This document shows positions 49,091 through 61,916 of a stretch of 64,000 nt of DNA, one piece after another. The notes below the pieces were generated by a model that searched no databases, had not been told where the DNA came from, and saw only the letters and a program-made list of their open reading frames with translations. Location of the stretch: assembly GCA_026914245.1 (NCBI GenBank), contig CP110439.1, positions 4,774,001 through 4,838,000 of the forward strand, in the 5' to 3' direction. The first letter of the stretch is position 1; the number at the start of each line of letters is the position of its first letter. This DNA comes from Puccinia triticina (Eukaryota). A program made the translations under genes and the position numbers.

Positions 49091-52000
49091 CCAGAAACTG
49101 TCTGATCGGCAACAGACCGGCAGACCAGCGGGGGATCAACCTTGGTCAAGGCATGGTCAAGCCACCATGGGTCCTGCCGGCAAAACATGGGCAGACAGGT
49201 GGCAGATTGACTGAAGTCAGTGGTGTACAAAAGGCCGGTAATTGACACTTGTGAGGTTGGTTCACTTCATGTATGTACAGTCATACCTCTCTGTGAGAAT
49301 CAGAGTTACATCTTCTTTACACCAAGGGAGTGAGCTGACGTTGGTTTGCTGATTGTTTTTGTGGGCAACCTGACCCACCCTAACCCAGCCAAACCTTCTT
49401 TCTGGACGCCGTCGTGGTGTTGCGGTTTGCAGCCACAGTGTTGGGCTGACCACAAATGCTGCCACATATCTGACGGCAGCAGGGGCAGGTTGCTGACAGG
49501 CTGCCCTTGTTCAAACAAATCTCTCAGCAACTCTCCAGGTCCTGAGATTATGTTTTTGGGCAGCCAGGAGCGGCCCGTTGGCAATCAGCCGTCAAGCCAC
49601 CTGTCATGTGATGGGTGCGTGGGATCATGTAATTGCACCTCTGCCGTGAGAGGCCGTGAGAGTCCAGGGATGAGACACTCGGAATGCATCAAAAAGATAT
49701 TCCAAGCAAGGACTGAACCCATATTGCTGCAGCAGCCCGGGCTTGGAGGCGCTGCATCTTCCTACTTGGCCCCAAAGACCAATTGATTATTTGGAAGGTA
49801 AAATTTGAGGATAGTCTTGCATCCTCAAGATGGGCTGATCCAATTTTTTGTCAAAAAAAAACTCTTCAATTTTTTTTTCTTGATCTCTTGCATGGAAGAA
49901 TAACCTCTGAGATGAATAGGAAATGCAATGCTGAGGGAGGCCTCAACGGCAAGCCAGCGGCAAAATGCGGTCATCCTGACCCGGGCGAGCCTTGGCAAGA
50001 CAGCTTCCGGGTTGGTTTGACAGCCCCTGTGAGCTCAAGTCTCCAGTATCAGATGTGTCAGAAAAAAGACTGACCATTGTGAGACACCAACAACGTGCTG
50101 CCCTGCATTTGCACGGCAGCCCAACAGTGTGTCTTATGTTGTTGGGTTGTTGCTCCAAGGGAGCCCAGGACAAGGACGGCTACCGGGAGGCTGACAGGCA
50201 GTGCAAGTTGGGTCGAGCCACCAGGTCACTGCCAGGCAGCTGAACGGCAGGCTTGCGGCGGATTGACCAAGGTGGTTGCCTGTTGTCAAGAGGTACGGCA
50301 GCCTGACTGTTGCAAGACGCCAACAATGTGCTGCCCTGCATTTTCATGGCAGCCTGACAGGATGGAAACCCTGACGCCGTGCATTCACACGGTAGGCCAA
50401 CGTGTGTCCCTTTTGTTGTTGGGTTGTTGGTCCAAGGGAGCCAAAATTGCTCTTGTGGTGTACAAGAGCAGAAAGTCTATCAAGGCCCTGTTTGGCAGGG
50501 TCCAGCGTTACATGCAGTCATAAGCCCAAATAAGGTTTATGGCACTTACTAGGATTACGGTGTAAAGCTCAAAAGTGTTCCTGAGAACCTTTTGCTGAGT
50601 GCGGAAAGGGATGTATGAGGAAACCTCTGCCTTTCCTGTGTCACTAGACACTAAAACAAGCCCCCCAATCTTAGATTGGAAGTTTTAATGTAGTGATAGT
50701 GGAGGTGCATCACCTACTTTGAACAGGTGGCTTAAGGGTTATGGTAATGTAGCTGATGTGTAAGTGTTGTGATGAGGTTGTAATTTGTATGTAAGGGTGT
50801 AAAACCACAATATAGAGTGGGGCTAATACTGTAGAGTGAGCAAGTATTGTACTGTTATGGGGTAAGCTGAGTGCAAGTAGTTTGCTGAGAGAAATTACAA
50901 CTGGAGGGAGGAGAGCCTCCTTAAATAGAAAAGGGTGAGACATTTTAGCTCCAGGGGAACAAGAGAATGAGGGGTTTTAGCTGCCCTGAAAGCTACAATG
51001 AGTTATTTTGGCTGGTGGTTGACAGGTCACATGAGGTCATGATGTCATGTGAGGGGATTTATCTATTTGGAGATAGGAGGTGAGATGTTTTAGCTGGCCT
51101 GGCTTGTCAAATGATGTCATCTGCAAGCTGCATGAGGGGTTTTTGCTATCTTGACACCTGCATGATCCTGCATGATGTCATCTGTCAACTGTCAGACTGC
51201 AGCCCCTATTACACTAGTCTGCATGCACCTGCATAAGACTGCAGAAGCCTGCATCAAGTGTGCATGACACTGCATGACACTGCATGACATGTGCATAGCA
51301 CAATGTCATGAGTGCAGCTGATGAGGTAGAGTACATGTAAAGGGTAGACAAGCTGTCAGGGTAGTCCATGTAATGGATTACATGTCATGGGTAAGTGTGG
51401 TTCATGTAACGGATAACATGACCTGAGTATGTGTGGTTCATGTAACAGATTACATGACCTGAGTATGATGTTTTTGAGTGTATGTAACTGAATGATGGTG
51501 TCTTGAAGGGGTTGTATCTTCTGATCCAGAGGGGTGTAAGGTGTGTTGTCCATGGTGTCCTGTGTAGTTTTGGCCTTAGAATCCAGTGGTGCTGCCATAT
51601 TGGTTGATTTGAGAGTGTACATATGAGAAAAAAGGAAATTTTGAAATGGGCTAGATGGCTAACCATAAAGCATACCACAACGGTTGGCAAAACTAGCACC
51701 CATAAGTCTTTCCAAAATGCATGACAGAAGGGATAATCTTCACCTGCCCATCAATAAGATACGGGGTGGGTGATTTTTACATGGTACCACTTTACATTTA
51801 CATGAGCATGTAAAGCTCTATGCATGTAAAACTGCAGAAAATCCCCCCTCCACGTAATTTTACAGTTAGTTATCAAAACTACCGGATGTAAAGTCTGAGC
51901 ATGTAAATGGCAGTGTGTAAAAACACCCCTGCGCATCCGCATCCGGTAATTTCACACGCTGTTTGCTCACAAGCTTGTGTGCGGAGGGTGAAAATCTGCT

Positions 52001-54080
52001 GATGCACCCGGATATATTTAATTTTCCAACCGGCATTACATGATACCCGGTATACCGCTGCCAGACTATCCCTCGGACCCTCCCCTTGTACATCCCATGC
52101 ACCCCCATCCTTCCTCAAACTGGCGCAACATCCTTGTACACGAACACCACGACCCACTCCATCCAACGGTAATGGTCCCAAACCCGCGTTCACCTTGCAT
52201 TTTGGGTCGGTTGGATCAGCAGGCCCATCAACTGCAATGATCAAGCGGATGGTTTGTGGGAGGTACAACGGCACAATGTCTCGTCTGCCCATATTCTTTG
52301 ATCTCAATAACAGTCTTGCGCTTAACAGCTCCCTCTGATAGATTCTGTCCAGTCCCACTCCTCCCCACCCCCACTACTCTCCTCAGCTTGGCTGCTGCTT
52401 CCGCCCACATCCCCTCAGGAGCATCTCTCGGAAACGGTGGCCGTCTCCACAGAAAGGAACTCACTTACCACTTGTTCACAGGATAACTTGAACGCCACCC
52501 CCTCCAATACAAACCCCCATAATCATCCATGCCAAACATCCGCCTGCAGCACCGGTAGCGTTACCTGTAGCACCGGCAGCGGTATCATTTTCAGCTACTC
52601 TCTCACTTCTCTAAGATATCAAGACCTCCATCTCAACCACCAATTCATCGTCCGCTAAAGACTCTCGCTCCCACTCCAGCAGCCGAGTCGAGCAGTTTAT
52701 CTCCACCGAAGAGCAGCCCACCAGCCCAACCACGAGCAACTTCCCCTCATCCGCTGGAGGAGCTGGAGCCCAACCCAGGGACGCCTCCCTCTCATCATCC
52801 CACAGTTTATCGCAAAAGCCGTTTGGCTTTGCCTCCTTCTCCTCTGCCTCCCCCGACCAATGGTCGGTTGCCGAGGTGTCTGAATGTGCCAAGCTCAAAG
52901 GACTGGACGGATTCACTGCCGGGAGGTTTGTCGAACACAAGATCACCGGGGACGCGCCCCCTTGGCTGCAGCACAGGCTGTTTCCTCGACTGTGTCCCTA
53001 TCCGCCCCCGCCGCAGTTGTGAGTCTGTGACAAAGAAAACAAACATCCAGAAAGGGCATGTGATTGACAACGGCACCCACCGACTTTGACGGCGACACCT
53101 GTATCTGGGCTACTGGCCACCGCGTCGGCTGCTGTACCGGTTGTTCCCTTGGCTTTGTCTCTATCCGCCCCTGCCCGAGCGGGAACCAAGCAGGGCAAAT
53201 CATTTGAAGGCTAATTTACGGCATGCCACCTGGGTTTCCTGCAACTGCGGCATCTGTTCATCCGGCCGCTTTGTTGGCAGTGCTTCCCCCCGCAGCATCT
53301 CCTGCTACCAGAAACAAGTGCATCCGGCCGACTGAGATATTGTTCAATCAAGGTCACTTTATCCGTGTCCTTTCCGCATATTTATTATGTCCTGGACGCA
53401 TTATATGTATTTTAGTTCACCTCATTCTGCCAAACTATTTCTTGATGAGTGAACTGCTCTTCCTAGTACACAGTTGCAAGCCAGGTTGTGTTGTTTTGGA
53501 ATAGAAAGCAAGCAGAGGCAGAAGAGAAACCCAAGGTAGGTGAGCTAGGTGTGGTCAAAGGTTGGCTAAGAAGGGTCTTGGGGTTTAGGCAATGGCAATG
53601 TCAGTGGTGCTGTTTTCTATGATTTTAAATTTCACTTGCTATTTTTCTTGATTATGCTTTTCTGGTTTTGTTGTGGGGTGTTCTCCATTTCTGGCTTTGT
53701 TCTTTTCACTGCCATTTTCCCGCATTTTTCTTCTTGATTTTTTTATGCTTTTTTACACCGCGCGCAAATTTGCATATTGGGTGTGTAAACGTGCATTTTT
53801 ACATCCGGTGAATTTTACATGGTGGTAAGCAATTGTGTAAATTTGCATGCTTTTTGATGCAGCTGCACTTTTACATGGCATGCTTTTTGCATGGTCTGCA
53901 AATTTTGCAAAGCAGACTGTAAAATTCTATTGCGCTGAATACCAGTATAATTTTACATGGTGACCGTTACATTGGTTTGCTTTACATGTGGTGGGATTTT
54001 TGGAAGTGAATGTAAAATTCATTAGATAGGCCCACTGATGTAATTTTACACTTAATGCACTTTACAGTGTGGAGTCAATA

Positions 54081-54284
54081 GGGGGGTTCACGATTGGAAT
54101 TCACAAAACTTTAGGACACATTTTAAGGTGTTTACAAACATTTTTTTAGAAAAATTGATCAATTGGACTGGTTGGCAAGTATCACATGCTGCTGTGCACT
54201 TTACCAAATTTTTAAAATTTTGTTCAGAAGGGCCTTAAATTTAGCTCCAAAGTTTTGTAATTAATTTCAATTGTGAACCCCCCC
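54081..54284. mobile_element. MITE with GGGGGGTTCAC TIRs
   Basis: GGGGGGTTCACGATTGGAATT / AATTTCAATTGTGAACCCCCCC. Confidence 0.65.
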
Positions 54285-55962
54285 AATGTAAAACAGACCA
54301 TGTAAAAATCAACATCCCCATAAGATACATATTCCTGGTATCCATTGGTATGAAAGGTACAGTGCCCAGAAGAAAGTTTTCATGAAATTTCTTTTGACAA
54401 GAACACATACAAACCATGCCTGCTAATTTCTGATTTACTGGGAGGATAGACAGAAAGTTTCCAAAACAATGAATATAAGTAATGTTTTTGGAAAAAATAA
54501 GTGCATACTAGCTGAAAATATCCAAGTTTATTAAAACCACAGTTTCACAGAAACTGACTTCATGGTCTCATGCTGCATTTCATTGAAATTGCAGGCAAAA
54601 GAATAAAAAGTTCAAAATTTGTGTTTTTCAACTTGTTTGTTTGTTTTAGTTGAAAGTCTGTTTTGTTGTTTGAGTAAATGATTTGTTTTGTTTGAGTTCA
54701 AAGTTTTTGTTTTGTTTGAGTTGATTTTTTTTTGTTTTGTTTCAGTTTAATTTGTTTTATTATGATTGAGTTTAAATTTTTTGGTTTGTTCAAGTTTTGT
54801 TAATTAAGTTCAAAATTGTTTTTTTGTGAAATCAAGAAGGCGCCTACTCAAGTGAGTACTAGGGCCTTCAGGGAGAGGGTGGGACAAAACCAGATCCCCT
54901 GGGGGGACAAACAGCTTCCTCCATGCTCTTTAAGTATCCAACCTTGCCATGCCCCCCTAAGCCCTCACACCCCACCTCCGTTGCCAGGGCCCTACAGGGC
55001 ATACAATACTGGCCTGTACACACTTGTGTACAGGCAAGCTTAAGAGGTTGATTACACTTGATGACCTGGGGCTGATGAGTCAGGGTCATCGAGATGTGTA
55101 ATCCCCTCAATGACCTGCAAAACCCCTCGATGACCTGTCAGAAGGGTCATTGAGAGGAATAAATCTGAATGAACAATCAGGCCTGTTGATGAGAGGAAGA
55201 AACCTCCTGATGATCGGTCTTAAACCACTGATTGAGAGGTAGAGATGGCCGGCCATCAATACGCATAGGTTGTAATTTCTCTTGACGGCCGCCACCGGTC
55301 AACAAAGAGAGCTATGCCTTGATGGCCGGTACCGGTCATCAAGCTACATCCTCAAGCTCTCTTGAAGCCCTTCGTACCGGTCATCAAAAGTGCTCCACTC
55401 TCTCAATGGCCCCGGTCTCCCGAGGAAGAGTCACATGTGACATGGCTCTCTTGGATGACCGGTACATGCCGTTGAGAGAGTACATGTATAGCTATCTTGA
55501 ATGAGCGGTACCAGCCATTGAGGGAACTCTCTTGATGGCCGCGGTACTGGTCATCAAGAGCGCTGCACACTCTCTCAACAGCTGGTACCGGTCATTGGAG
55601 AGAGCTATGCACACTCTTGATGGCCGTTACCGGTCATTGGAGAGAGCTATGCACTCTCTTGATAGCCGTTACCGGTCATCAAGGATGACACACCCTCCCT
55701 CAATGGCCGGTGCCGGTCAAAGAAGGAGAAATGCACTCTCTCAATGGCAGCGGCCATCGAAGAGTTCTATGCACTCTTCATCACGGTTTTGATGGCTGCA
55801 AACCAGGATGACCAGAGAGGCCGCCCAAGCATGGGCGGGCAGGGTCTGGCCACGGGCCCGCTTTTCTCGGGACTTCCGCTTTGGCCCCGCGGGCCACCCC
55901 CCGTCGGGAGACCCGGGGATAGAGAGGAGTGGGAACCACCTGGTTCCGGAATCTCAGTGTTA

Positions 55963-56255
55963 GAGCATCCTTACCGGTCAAGCTATGTTGGCGCGAGTTT
56001 TGACTCGCAGCTGTTGCAAACTAACTTAGCGACAGCAATTCAGCCGTATTGGTTCGGCTTGTGCGGGGTGGAGCTGAGTGGTGGGCGCGGGAAATGGCAG
56101 TTAGCTTCGAGCTAACCGTCACTAAATGTAGTGACAGTTAGCTGAAATTCAAGCTTCTCACTAATTTAGCTTGGGCTTAGCTACACCCGGTGTGGTTGAG
56201 ATTGGTGGCTAAACTAGCTAATTTCAAGCTAAACTAGTCACCGGTAAGGATGCTC
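55963..56255. mobile_element. PIF/Harbinger-type MITE
   Basis: TIR GAGCATCCTTACCGGT / ACCGGTAAGGATGCTC, TTA TSD. Confidence 0.85.
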
Positions 56256-57034
56256 TTAGGCCGGGCAACTGCAGCCAAGCTTAACACAGGGGCCGAAGGG
56301 CCTGCCCTGATGACCCTCTCCCAATGGCTGGTACCCGACATCAAGAGAGCTAAAAATTCTCTCAATGGCCATTACCAGTCATTGAGAGTGTTACATAATC
56401 TCTTGATGGCGGGTACCTGCCATTTGATAGAGTAAAACCCCCTTCAATGAGAGCTGCCAGGCATTCAAGAGAGTTATACAGCAATACCAAAAAAGCTTGC
56501 GGGTGGGCGAGGCTGAAAATCCGACAGACAAAATTTTTCGCTTCAGCCCCGCCCCCTGTATTCTTCCAATTCTTCTCATCTTCCAGCCCCTTTGCCCTCG
56601 ACCATATCCCATATCCCCTCCCACCTCCGCCATCGGAAATGGCCCCCGACCAAACCCCCCCCCCCCGCCGGACCCAACCACTGCCCAGCCGCCCCCAGCC
56701 GCCAGCCAGGAACTAATCCAGCAACCGCCCAAAAATTATTTCTTGCCGGTAAGCTGCCACCCTTTTTCCCCTTTTTTGCCCCCATCACCCGCCGGATCAA
56801 CCACTGATGTCTGCTCTGCTCTGCAATTGCACAGGCCAGACATCCCTGCCACCGCCCAGGAGCCCATCCAGCACCCGGCCAAAACAAAATATCCATCGGT
56901 GAGCCACCCCCTTTTTTTCCTTTTTTTTGCATCAATGCCCGCCCGCCGGATCAACCACTGACAAGTCGTTGTTGCCTCCCACCTTGTCCCCGGCTCCCAT
57001 TATCCGCGGTCCTTTTGATTAGGTTAGCGGTACG

Positions 57035-58185
57035 ATGGCGTTTGTGAAATATCCGCGGGAGGTCAAAGCCATCGTGGTTAAGCTCAGCCTGCGAGGGAAG
57101 TCCCTTGCAGAGATCAACAACTTGATTGACTACAACATATCGGCCGACTCGCTCACCCGCTGGAACAACCTATACCGCCGAACCAGAGATGTCGTGAGGG
57201 ATCCCGCCCTATACAACCAGCGTGGCCGCCCATTGGCCTTCACCCGTGAAGAGGCGGAGTTTGTCTTGGCCGCGCTTGAAGCCAAACCAACCCTCTATCT
57301 GGACGAAATCCAGAATCATATTCAAGCAATGACCGGAACTCAACATCCAATCTCCACCATCCGAGATGAGTTGATGGCCCGCCTGCTCTTGACAAAGAAG
57401 AAGGCCCGAACAGTAGATCCCAACCAAGACGAGGCGTCTCGGATGGCATATACCGACAGGATCGGCGGATTTCCTGTCAAGTATCTCGTCTTCATGGGTA
57501 AGTTTGTTCCCTTTATTGCGCTGTTCTTTTGCGCTGTTCCTTCTTTGATTGCACGGGTGGCTGATATGAACCTTGGAACAGATGAGGCTGGTGTGTCACT
57601 GGGGTCCCACTCCCGAGACACTGCTTGGGCACTTCGGGGCCGGCGCACTAAAAGGATCCCGAAGGCCGTTCACCCAAATCGGGTCACAGTCATGCCCGCC
57701 GTATTGTTGGACGGCTTGATGGGCTGCATAGCCCAAGTGGGTTCGATGTCCCGCTTGGACACAGAGTATTTCATACAGGACGTGTTGGTAAGCTTATCAC
57801 CCCCCTCACGCTCCTTTCCTGGCAAGGGTTGCTCACACTGGGCGTCTGATGTCCTCATTTCCCCCAGATCCCCGAGATGAATCTGTTCCCAGGTCGCAAC
57901 TCAATTCTCGTGCTGGACAACGCACGCATTCATCACGGCGGGCGGGTTCCACAGATTTGCGCGGCGGCGGGAGTTTTGCTCCAGTACCTCCCAACCTACT
58001 CGCCGGATTTCAACCCAATAGAGAAGGTGTTCTCCGCGCTCAAGTCCCAGCTCAAACGCGCGCAGATTCCGACCAGTACTCGGGCAGATGCAGAGCTGGT
58101 CAAGGCTTTCCTGCCCACAGTCGTCACGCCGGCCTTGATGAGGGGCCTCTACCGGGGGAGCGGCTATTCTGAGGGCCGACATTGA
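57035..58185 (+). CDS. IS630/Tc1-type DD34E transposase, 3 exons (57035-57497, 57582-57787, 57868-58185), 328 aa
   Basis: N-terminal HTH region, GRP linker, spliced FM-DEAG, VLDNARIH, LPTYSPDFNPIEKVF with 34 residues between D and E; frame stays open after splicing. Confidence 0.92.
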
Positions 58186-58444
58186 TGGCACTCATTTTGC
58201 TTTAACTATCTTTCTGGTGTAGGTATCTGATGGGGTTCTTATCCCTTCAGATAGGGATAAGAATTCCGTTGTTTTCTTTTGGTTCTGCAACACAAAGTAA
58301 TGTGAGGCTCTTAAACCCAATTAACAAGAGGGCTTAAGAGCGAGGGAAAAATATGATCCAAGACCAAGTTTCGCTCCCCTCCAAGGGGACGGCCACCTCC
58401 TGCGAAGTCCGAGGCCAGTGCCACAAGACACATAGGTGTTTTGC

Positions 58445-58812
58445 TCAAGTGGGCCACTTTTTTGCTGAAGTGCCCGGTTTGCGGCCCTTGGCCAGGCGGG
58501 CTACTTTTTTGCTGAAGTGCCCGGTTTGCGGCCCTTGGCCAGGCGGGCCACTTTTGCTCAAGCGGGCCACTTTTTTGCTGAAGTGCCCGGTTTGCGGCCC
58601 TTGGCCAGGCATGGACCAGGAATCGACAAGTTCCCGGTTCGCGGCCCTTGCCCAGGCAGGAACCAGGAACCGCTAAGTTCCCGGTTCGCGGCTCTTGCCC
58701 AGGCAGGAACCAGGAACCTCTAAGTTCCCGGTTTGCGGCCCTTGCCCAGGCAGGAACCAGAATTCACCAAGTTCCTGGTTCGCAGCCCTTGCCCAGGCAG
58801 GAACCAGGAATC
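58445..58812. repeat. ~46-58-bp tandem repeats between the two transposon genes
   Basis: AAGT(G/T)CCCGGTT(T/C)GCGGCCCTTG(G/C)CCAGGC core repeated about 7 times, plus one copy near 59066. Confidence 0.85.
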
Positions 58813-59329
58813 ACGAACACTGCAAAAAAAACTGTGTCAACTGTGAGCAGTTGACATGCGGCAACTCTGAGGAAGCTTGTGGTGTTACACCAGCCTTACT
58901 CAAGGTTTGACTCAACCCAAGCTTCAATGCACAGTCACTGTGCACCTTGCACAGTGACTGTGCCAACAAAGGCACTTCTGCATTCATGTGGAGTTACAAT
59001 GGCAGCTTGGCTTGAGTATCCTGCATGTCAACTGCAAGCAGTTGACCAAGTTATTTTTGCAGTGGAAGTGCCCGGTTTGCGGCCCTTGCCCAGGGGGGGG
59101 GACCAAATGACTCAAGTCAGGTGGAATTCCACCCGGAATCCTCACGCCCATTCTGTCTGCCCCGCGGGGGGCGTTGGACATAAAAGGGGGGGGAGGGCAT
59201 CTCTCTCATTTGTGTTCAAAAGGGGGTTCCTCATTGCGGTCGCGGCTCTGAAAGGCCGCGAGGGAAAGCAAAAACCACAGAGAAAAAAACCACGGAGAAC
59301 ATTGATAACAACATAGAGAAATAACTTAC

Positions 59330-61916
59330 CACGGGTCTAGTACCCGATTTAGTGAGGCCCGAGTAGCCCAAGTCAGATCTCCTGAGATGGTTTGGCTTGG
59401 GCCCGCATAATGCAACTAAGGGATGGCTCAGAGTCTGAGCCAGAGGAGCCCGGAGGAGGGGCTCCTGTTGCGGAGGGCGGGGGGGCAATCGTGGCGTCGG
59501 TCGGGCCTTGAGGAGCGGCTCCGGTCGCGGAGGGGGGGGGGGGGCCGTGTCGTGGCTCATGGCTTGCGGGGCGCCTATGGTTTCAGGCAAGGCGATAGCC
59601 GGTTCTTTCGCCGCGGGGAGGGGGGCGACCCTCGGCATCACAGGTCCTTGCGGGGCGCCTATCTTGGGCAAGACCAGCGGGTCCTGCGTTCCCTTGGGCG
59701 CCACGGGAGGGATATACTCGGCCGGGGTGGGTGAGATCGCGGGCGTTGGAATTAACCAGCGCGCTCCTTTCATGAGGTGGGATGCCACGGCGGGTGGGAA
59801 GTTGAGTTGCCTGAGCTGCGTGTCGCTGGTGTCCAAGAAAAAATCCCACCTCCCAATGTGGGCCAGTTTGATCAAGCCGCGTGGGAGGGGATCATCCGGC
59901 TCGAAATTGCAGAGGTCTAGGAACTGGCTCATTGTTAATCGCCGGCCAGCCTCGTTGAGTTGGAGTTGTGAGGTTGGGGAAGAATTGCTAATCCAAGAGC
60001 TCAAGCTGAGCGTGTTGGATTTAGGTGTTGGCACCTTTCGGGTACGAGGAGACATGGGAGGTGACCTGGGTCGTGCCAACTCAAGCCGGCTGATTGTGTG
60101 GGCAATGCCATCCGCTCGGCCTCGAGGAACTTTTCGAGCCGGGGAGTAATGAACACCAGCATCTCGGCCTTCCGGCGGGGACATGAGCTCGATAGAGCTT
60201 GTAGGACTGGGGGCCCTGGTCGCAGGGCTGAAAAATTCAACTTCTTGGTCCAAGGCCAATGACTCTAGCTTGTCTGCTTCAGGGACCAGTGCGGCCTCCC
60301 GCAGAGGAGCTGCGTTGCGCACGGCCGGGGTAGGGGTTGTTGGGTGGGTCGCTGCGGCCGATGCTCGGCCACCCGCAGAGGTGGCCAATGGCTTAGATAG
60401 CGCTGTGTTTCGTATACCGGGTTGAGGTCCTGAACGCCCCTGGGCCGCTGGAGTCGCCACGAGGCGCGGCGGGGAGGTGTGAAAATTGACGACGCCTTCC
60501 CAGGTTCCGTGAATTTGGAGGGAATTGCCGGATCAGCAGCCAGGTGGCCCTGATTGAGTGGTGAGCCCACTTTGGAGTGAGATGCGCCTGGGAGGATCGG
60601 CGGTCCAGATGAGACGGATGATGGCGCGCGCTTGCCGACCGACCTGTGCGCATCAAGCCGAGCCGTCTGTTTTGCGGCCAACTCGGCCAAAGTGGGCGCC
60701 GGCCGCGGGTCCTTGGTGAATAGATCAGGGACATCTGGGGGATGGTCGAAATCTACCCCCTCGAGCTCGTGGAGTAAGCACCTACTCCAACACCTCAAGC
60801 CGTCGCGAGTCACGAGGATGGAGGTTGCGGGATCCGCCGGGTTTTTGATTTGTAGGGACTCGTCATTCCCGCCGTATTTGCCCTTCAGATAGAGCTGCAG
60901 CTCTGCGCAAATCTGGATGCGCTCAGCCAACCGCTCGCCCTCAACCACGTTGGCATTTGGCTGGACCAAATACAACCCCAGTCAGCCGATGATCACGGAT
61001 CCTCACAGCACAATGGGGGAGGGGCTTACATTACGGACCAGCCGAGTTGCCGTGCGTTCCAACGCCAATCGAGTATCGTTGGGCCCATAGCCCATTTCCA
61101 AGCTATCGCGCTGCGCACGTTCCTGGGAAGGCCAGCGTGTGCAATACGCGTTAGAAATTTACATCATCCAGTGGTGGGAAGGAGAAAAGGGTGAACCATC
61201 AGACTTACCACCTCTAGGGCCTTCACCACCTTTGCCGGGTCCGCCATTGAGACCTTCACCGACACCTTGCGCAACGGGTTGGCGTGGCACGCATCCACAA
61301 ATGCGCGAAAATCCTTGGGTGACGTGATCATGGCGTTGATTGCCTTCCCGTACACCTCGTCCCTCGGGATAATCCCCTGCCACTTGAGCAGGCCTTCTTC
61401 CTTGCAAGCAAGGAGGTGCTTGCCAAGGAGGGGGATCGTCGCATTGGTTGCGGCGATGCAGTTTGTCTTGAAAACAGGCCAGACGGCGTGGTGGAGGACC
61501 GTCTTCAGCACTGCCTCGCCCTTCGGAATGACCCGCTCCCAAATCTTCGTGGTTGACGCGATGGGGGCAGTTGGATTTGCAAGAGCTAGCTGGCCCGCGG
61601 GAGTGCGGATGAAGACATGATGCTCCACGGTTATCGCCCGGGTAGTTTGGGGGGACGGTGGCCCGCGGCCGGGTTGATGGTGAGCGCCAGGAGTTTCTGG
61701 GCCGGGTCGGCTCCCGTTGGGCGCGGGCGCGGTCGCGGTTGGTTCCGTGGAATTCTCTGCCGCCGCTGGGTCGCCATCTTCGAAGAACAACCGGCAGGCC
61801 TGCGCCTGACTCGGCAGCAGGTAAGACTCTTGCGGCTCGCCATGCACATTGGCAAAGGGCAGCGGGTCCACCCGGCGGGTGACGCTGAATCGCTTGTTGG
61901 AAGGTGGAATTGACAT
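59330..61916 (-). CDS. Transposon-borne hypothetical protein (multi-exon, apparent frameshift near 60460)
   Basis: ATG at 61916; exons joined by GT-AG introns (~61208-61124, ~61029-60962); globular-looking blocks WSRCLL..GVDFDHPP and FLDLC..LIKLAHIGRWDFF among Pro-rich linkers; 3' end uncertain. Confidence 0.65.

Noticed and set aside
50600..54050. LTR remnant and a TE-borne gene fragment
   Set aside because: Looks repeat-derived, but no termini, TSD or diagnostic protein motif could be fixed
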